DNA from: Candidatus Cloacimonadales bacterium
GTDB taxonomy: Bacteria; Cloacimonadota; Cloacimonadia; Cloacimonadales; JAFGVF01
Length of the DNA stretch: 64,000 bases
Assembly: GCA_963678315.1 (NCBI GenBank)
Contig: OY782781.1
Location: forward strand, 576,001 to 640,000
Direction: 5' to 3'
The translations under genes and the position numbers were made by a program. Under the pieces are notes generated by a model, which was not told where the DNA came from, ran no database searches, and saw nothing but the letters and a program-made list of their open reading frames with translations. Shown here one piece after another: positions 60,648 through 64,000 of the stretch. Every line of letters starts with the position of its first letter. Position 1 is the stretch's first letter.

Positions 60648-61568
60648 TTATTTTAAGCTGATAGCAATCTTGTTTGCTATTGACATCATATTATCCAAGT
60701 ATTTTTCTCCTAAAGGATCTAAAGAAACAACCTTGCCATTAATTTGTTCAGCAATGGATTTGGCTATATCCTCATTGAACTGTTTCTGCACAAATACAGT
60801 CTTAATACCATGTTCTATAGCATAATCTATTATCATTTTTTGTTCTTTAGGAGTAGGTTCTTTGCCTTCAATCTCAATAGGAACTTGCTTTAGCCCATAG
60901 CGATCTGCGAAATATCCCCAAGAAGGGTGGAAGCATAAGAAGCTCTTTCCTTTCACTTTTCTCAGAATCATCTGAATATTACTATCAAGTTCATTAAGCT
61001 CATTAATATAGTTCTTTGAACCTTTTCTGTAGTCTTCTTCAAACTCAGGATATTCAGCCACAAGATAATCTGTCATAGTTTGAACCTGCTTGATAACCAG
61101 TGTTGGGTCTAACCAGATATGAGGGTCAACTCCTCCGTGATTGTCCCCATGATGGTGGTCATCTGCTTCTGCATGATGATGACCATCAGCTTCCATTAAT
61201 TCTTGGATAGTAGCAGGTTTTCTTTTTTCAATACCTTTGTCAGTAGCAATAATATCAAGGTCTGGAAGTTGCTTTTTTAACTTAGGAATTAGCACTTTTT
61301 CAAAAGGAACTCCTATAGTAAAAAGAACCTTAGCCTTGCTAATATCTGACATTTGTTTTGTAGTTGGTTCATAAGTAGCAGGACTTGCCCCTGCTGGAAC
61401 AAGCACTTGAATATCACTAGAGTAACCAACAATCTGGTTTACCATGTCTTTTTGAGGAAGCAAGCTAACAAAGATTGCTTCTTTATTAACTTCCTTCTTT
61501 TTATTTGAGCAAGCTGTAATTGCTATCATAGCAATTATTAACAATACTATAAATCTAGCTTTACGCAT
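60648..61568 (-). CDS. znuA: Zn ABC transporter substrate-binding lipoprotein
   Basis: Lipobox ITAC, His-rich loop, DPHIW, FHPSW. Confidence 0.88.
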   Translation of the reverse strand: MRKARFIVLLIIAMIAITACSNKKKEVNKEAIFVSLLPQKDMVNQIVGYSSDIQVLVPAGASPATYEPTTKQMSDISKAKVLFTIGVPFEKVLIPKLKKQLPDLDIIATDKGIEKRKPATIQELMEADGHHHAEADDHHHGDNHGGVDPHIWLDPTLVIKQVQTMTDYLVAEYPEFEEDYRKGSKNYINELNELDSNIQMILRKVKGKSFLCFHPSWGYFADRYGLKQVPIEIEGKEPTPKEQKMIIDYAIEHGIKTVFVQKQFNEDIAKSIAEQINGKVVSLDPLGEKYLDNMMSIANKIAISLK

Positions 61569-63351
61569 CACATACCTCAATAAATTTGTTTATATCATCT
61601 ACTATTAAATTCAATGAAGATTTCCAGAATTCAACTGAGTTAACATCAATTCCCATTAACTTAACTACATCTGTAATATCATTCTTGCCAGTAGCTTCAA
61701 GTAACTTGTCATAATCTTCTAAGAAGCTTTCTCCACGTTTTTGGTATTCAGCATATAGACCTAAAGCAAAGAGCTGACCAAATGCATAAGGGAAGTTATA
61801 GAAGTTAGCAGTTACATAATAATAATGAGGTTTACATGCCCACATATATGGGTGTAAGAATTCACTATCTAAACCATCTCCATAAGCATCTTTCTGTGCT
61901 TGAAGCATAGTTTCCTTTAACTCTTCTACTGTTAAATCACGTTCTTTTCTCTTTTCGAAGAGAGCCGATTCAAACAAGAATCTACTGTAAATATCAACTA
62001 TTGTTTGAGTAGAATCTGATATTCTTCCTTCAAGAAGTGTAAATGTTTGTTCAGGTGTAGCATTTTCTAAAACAGCATTGTTTATAATTGTTTCACAGAA
62101 AATTGAAGCAGTTTCTGCTAAAGGCATCGGGTAGTCAGAATTCAAAGCACTTTGAGAGCTTAAAACATGACCATGATATCCATGACCAAGCTCGTGAGCT
62201 AATGTAGACACATCACTGAAAGAACCTGTAAAATTGGATAATATTCTTGATTGGCCAATTGCATGAATACCAGAGCAGAATGCTCCACCACGTTTACCTT
62301 TTCTTGGCTCAGCATCAATCCAATTCTTATCAAAGGCATTCTTTGCAAAGTCTGATAGCTTGCTACTAAATTTACCAAAGTTCTCAACTATAAAATCTCT
62401 TGCTTCATCATAAGTGTAAGTCATGTCTGCTTGCCCCATTGGAGCAAACATTTCATAGAAAGGAAGTCCTTTCTTATGACCTAACAATTCACCTTTCTTT
62501 TTAAGGTATTTTCTAAATTCTGGTAAGGTCTCTCTGATAGCTTCAAGCATTGCATCTAAAGTTGATTGCTCCATTCTAGAATTAAATAGGGTCATAGCTA
62601 ATGGAGAGTCATAGCCTCTTTGATCACAAATAGTAAGGACTTCGCCCTTGATTGCATTAAGTGATGCACCAACCACATCTTCAACTTTTTTATAGGCTTT
62701 AAGCTCTGCTTCATAAGCATCTTTTCTTACTTTTGCATCTTTATGATAAGCCATGTTGCGAACTACTGGAAGGGGTTCTTGAACAGACTTACCATCTTTC
62801 TCCATATCAACCATTAAAGTAGAGATCACGTTTGATTGAAGTCTCACCCAGGCTGTTGAACCAGTTTGCTGTAACTTAGCATACATTAATTCAAGCTCGT
62901 CAGAAAGCATATAGTCTTTCATCTTTGCTATTTCATGAATATAATATCTGTGCTCTTTAAGAAAATCAGATTCATCAATTATTTCATCAAGATTTGGAAT
63001 CATACAAACCCATTTGTTAAACTTAACATTAGCATCTGTCATTTCTATAAACTTACTTTGCAATAATTGAATATATTTTATTGAATCTTCATCTTGTACA
63101 TTAGTAGAATTTGTAAGGGAAGCAAATGAATAAAGCGTATCTGCTAATTTGCTTATATCTAATGAAGTTTGAAGTCTAGCCTCTAATGCTTTAACTACTT
63201 CTTCTTTAGTGAAATTGTCTTTATTCTCATTCAAATGTTGTGCATCTTTGTTTGTTTTTACTATTAAATCATCTAATTTACCTAAATCTCTCTTGTATTC
63301 AGCTGATTCAAAAGCAGTATATAATTCTTTTAAGCTCCATCTCATTTCCAT
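61561..63351 (-). CDS. pepF: M3B oligoendopeptidase F family
   Basis: GKRGGAFC, HELGH, LAETAS, FYNFPYAFG. Confidence 0.9.
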   Translation of the reverse strand: MEMRWSLKELYTAFESAEYKRDLGKLDDLIVKTNKDAQHLNENKDNFTKEEVVKALEARLQTSLDISKLADTLYSFASLTNSTNVQDEDSIKYIQLLQSKFIEMTDANVKFNKWVCMIPNLDEIIDESDFLKEHRYYIHEIAKMKDYMLSDELELMYAKLQQTGSTAWVRLQSNVISTLMVDMEKDGKSVQEPLPVVRNMAYHKDAKVRKDAYEAELKAYKKVEDVVGASLNAIKGEVLTICDQRGYDSPLAMTLFNSRMEQSTLDAMLEAIRETLPEFRKYLKKKGELLGHKKGLPFYEMFAPMGQADMTYTYDEARDFIVENFGKFSSKLSDFAKNAFDKNWIDAEPRKGKRGGAFCSGIHAIGQSRILSNFTGSFSDVSTLAHELGHGYHGHVLSSQSALNSDYPMPLAETASIFCETIINNAVLENATPEQTFTLLEGRISDSTQTIVDIYSRFLFESALFEKRKERDLTVEELKETMLQAQKDAYGDGLDSEFLHPYMWACKPHYYYVTANFYNFPYAFGQLFALGLYAEYQKRGESFLEDYDKLLEATGKNDITDVVKLMGIDVNSVEFWKSSLNLIVDDINKFIEVCDA

Positions 63352-63481
63352 GATAAACTCCTATTATTGTTTTCTTGTTATAATATAATAAGCACTTGCA
63401 ATTAGTCAATTTAAAAAATCTATTTGTTGTTAACAAAGAACTTGTAATTAGATTATCTAAAAATAAAAAGGTGGTATTAAA

Positions 63482-63904
63482 ATGATATTGAATCCATATT
63501 TAACATTTAATGGTAACTGTGAAGATGCCTTCAACTTCTATAAAGAAGTATTTAATAAGGAATTCTCATACTTCTCTCGCTTAAAAGATATGCCAGACAA
63601 TAATAACATACCTAAAGAAATGGCAGAAAAGGTTATGCATGTTTCTCTTCCACTAAGCAAGGAAACTGTTCTAATGGGAAGCGATGCTTATGAAGAAGTT
63701 ACCCCTGAAGTTTCTTTCGGTAACAATATTGTATTATCAGTTACATTCGACAACATTGATGAAACTAATAAAGTCTTCAATAGCCTAGCTGATGGGGGAA
63801 AGATAATTATGCCCATTGAAAAAACCTTTTGGGCTCCACTTTATGGACAAGTTGAAGATAAATTTGGTATCAATTGGATGATTATGACATATCTTCCTGA
63901 ATAA
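63482..63904 (+). CDS. VOC/PhnB-like glyoxalase-superfamily protein
   Basis: PYLTFNGNCEDAFNFY, VMH, TFW, DKFGINWM. Confidence 0.9.
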   Translation: MILNPYLTFNGNCEDAFNFYKEVFNKEFSYFSRLKDMPDNNNIPKEMAEKVMHVSLPLSKETVLMGSDAYEEVTPEVSFGNNIVLSVTFDNIDETNKVFNSLADGGKIIMPIEKTFWAPLYGQVEDKFGINWMIMTYLPE

Positions 63905-63921
63905 ATCATCCTTAAATATCG

Positions 63922-63966
63922 GCCCATGATTGAAATCATGGGCTTTTTTGTTTGCCCCTTTGGGAG
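63922..63966 (+). terminator. Terminator formed by a solitary copy of the tnpA-associated hairpin
   Basis: GCCCATGATTGAAATCATGGGC followed by T6; matches the reverse complement of array half B. Confidence 0.75.
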
Positions 63967-64000
63967 TATCCTGCAAAATCGGAAGGCCATCGTCCTTGAT

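Overview
AT-rich bacterial chromosomal window. The lineage is inferred to be an anaerobic amino-acid fermenter, probably Candidatus Cloacimonadota or a relative, from four secreted proteins with a PNP/FlgD-Ig-type C-terminal domain, a C25 gingipain-like protease and the lysine fermentation genes kdd-kamA. Most of the window is housekeeping and transport: a divergent EF-G, hsp20, a split hipA TA module, GntR-ABC and TetR-RND efflux operons, recG, fba-gap, a sigma70 factor, ptb, lepA, pabABC, znuACB and pepF. The notable signals are mostly non-coding. (1) A stand-alone IS200-type HUH/Y1 transposase is flanked on both sides by direct tandem arrays (2+3 copies) of a 141-bp unit made of two inverted, structurally covarying double hairpins; a solitary relative lies 40 kb away. 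(2) Four dispersed mosaic elements share a common ~60-bp head and carry variable strings of REP-like hairpin modules; one is expanded to ~0.9 kb. (3) Two ORFs in the same frame are separated by a single TGA (C-D-Y-G-TGA) followed by a hairpin; together they would form one complete secreted protein (Sec/readthrough candidate). (4) A cluster of six co-oriented DnaA boxes has no dnaA nearby (oriC/datA candidate). (5) A sigma54 promoter links a TPR-domain enhancer-binding protein to a secreted LamG protein. No rRNA, tRNA or CRISPR array was recognised. All calls are by eye; no database searches were run.
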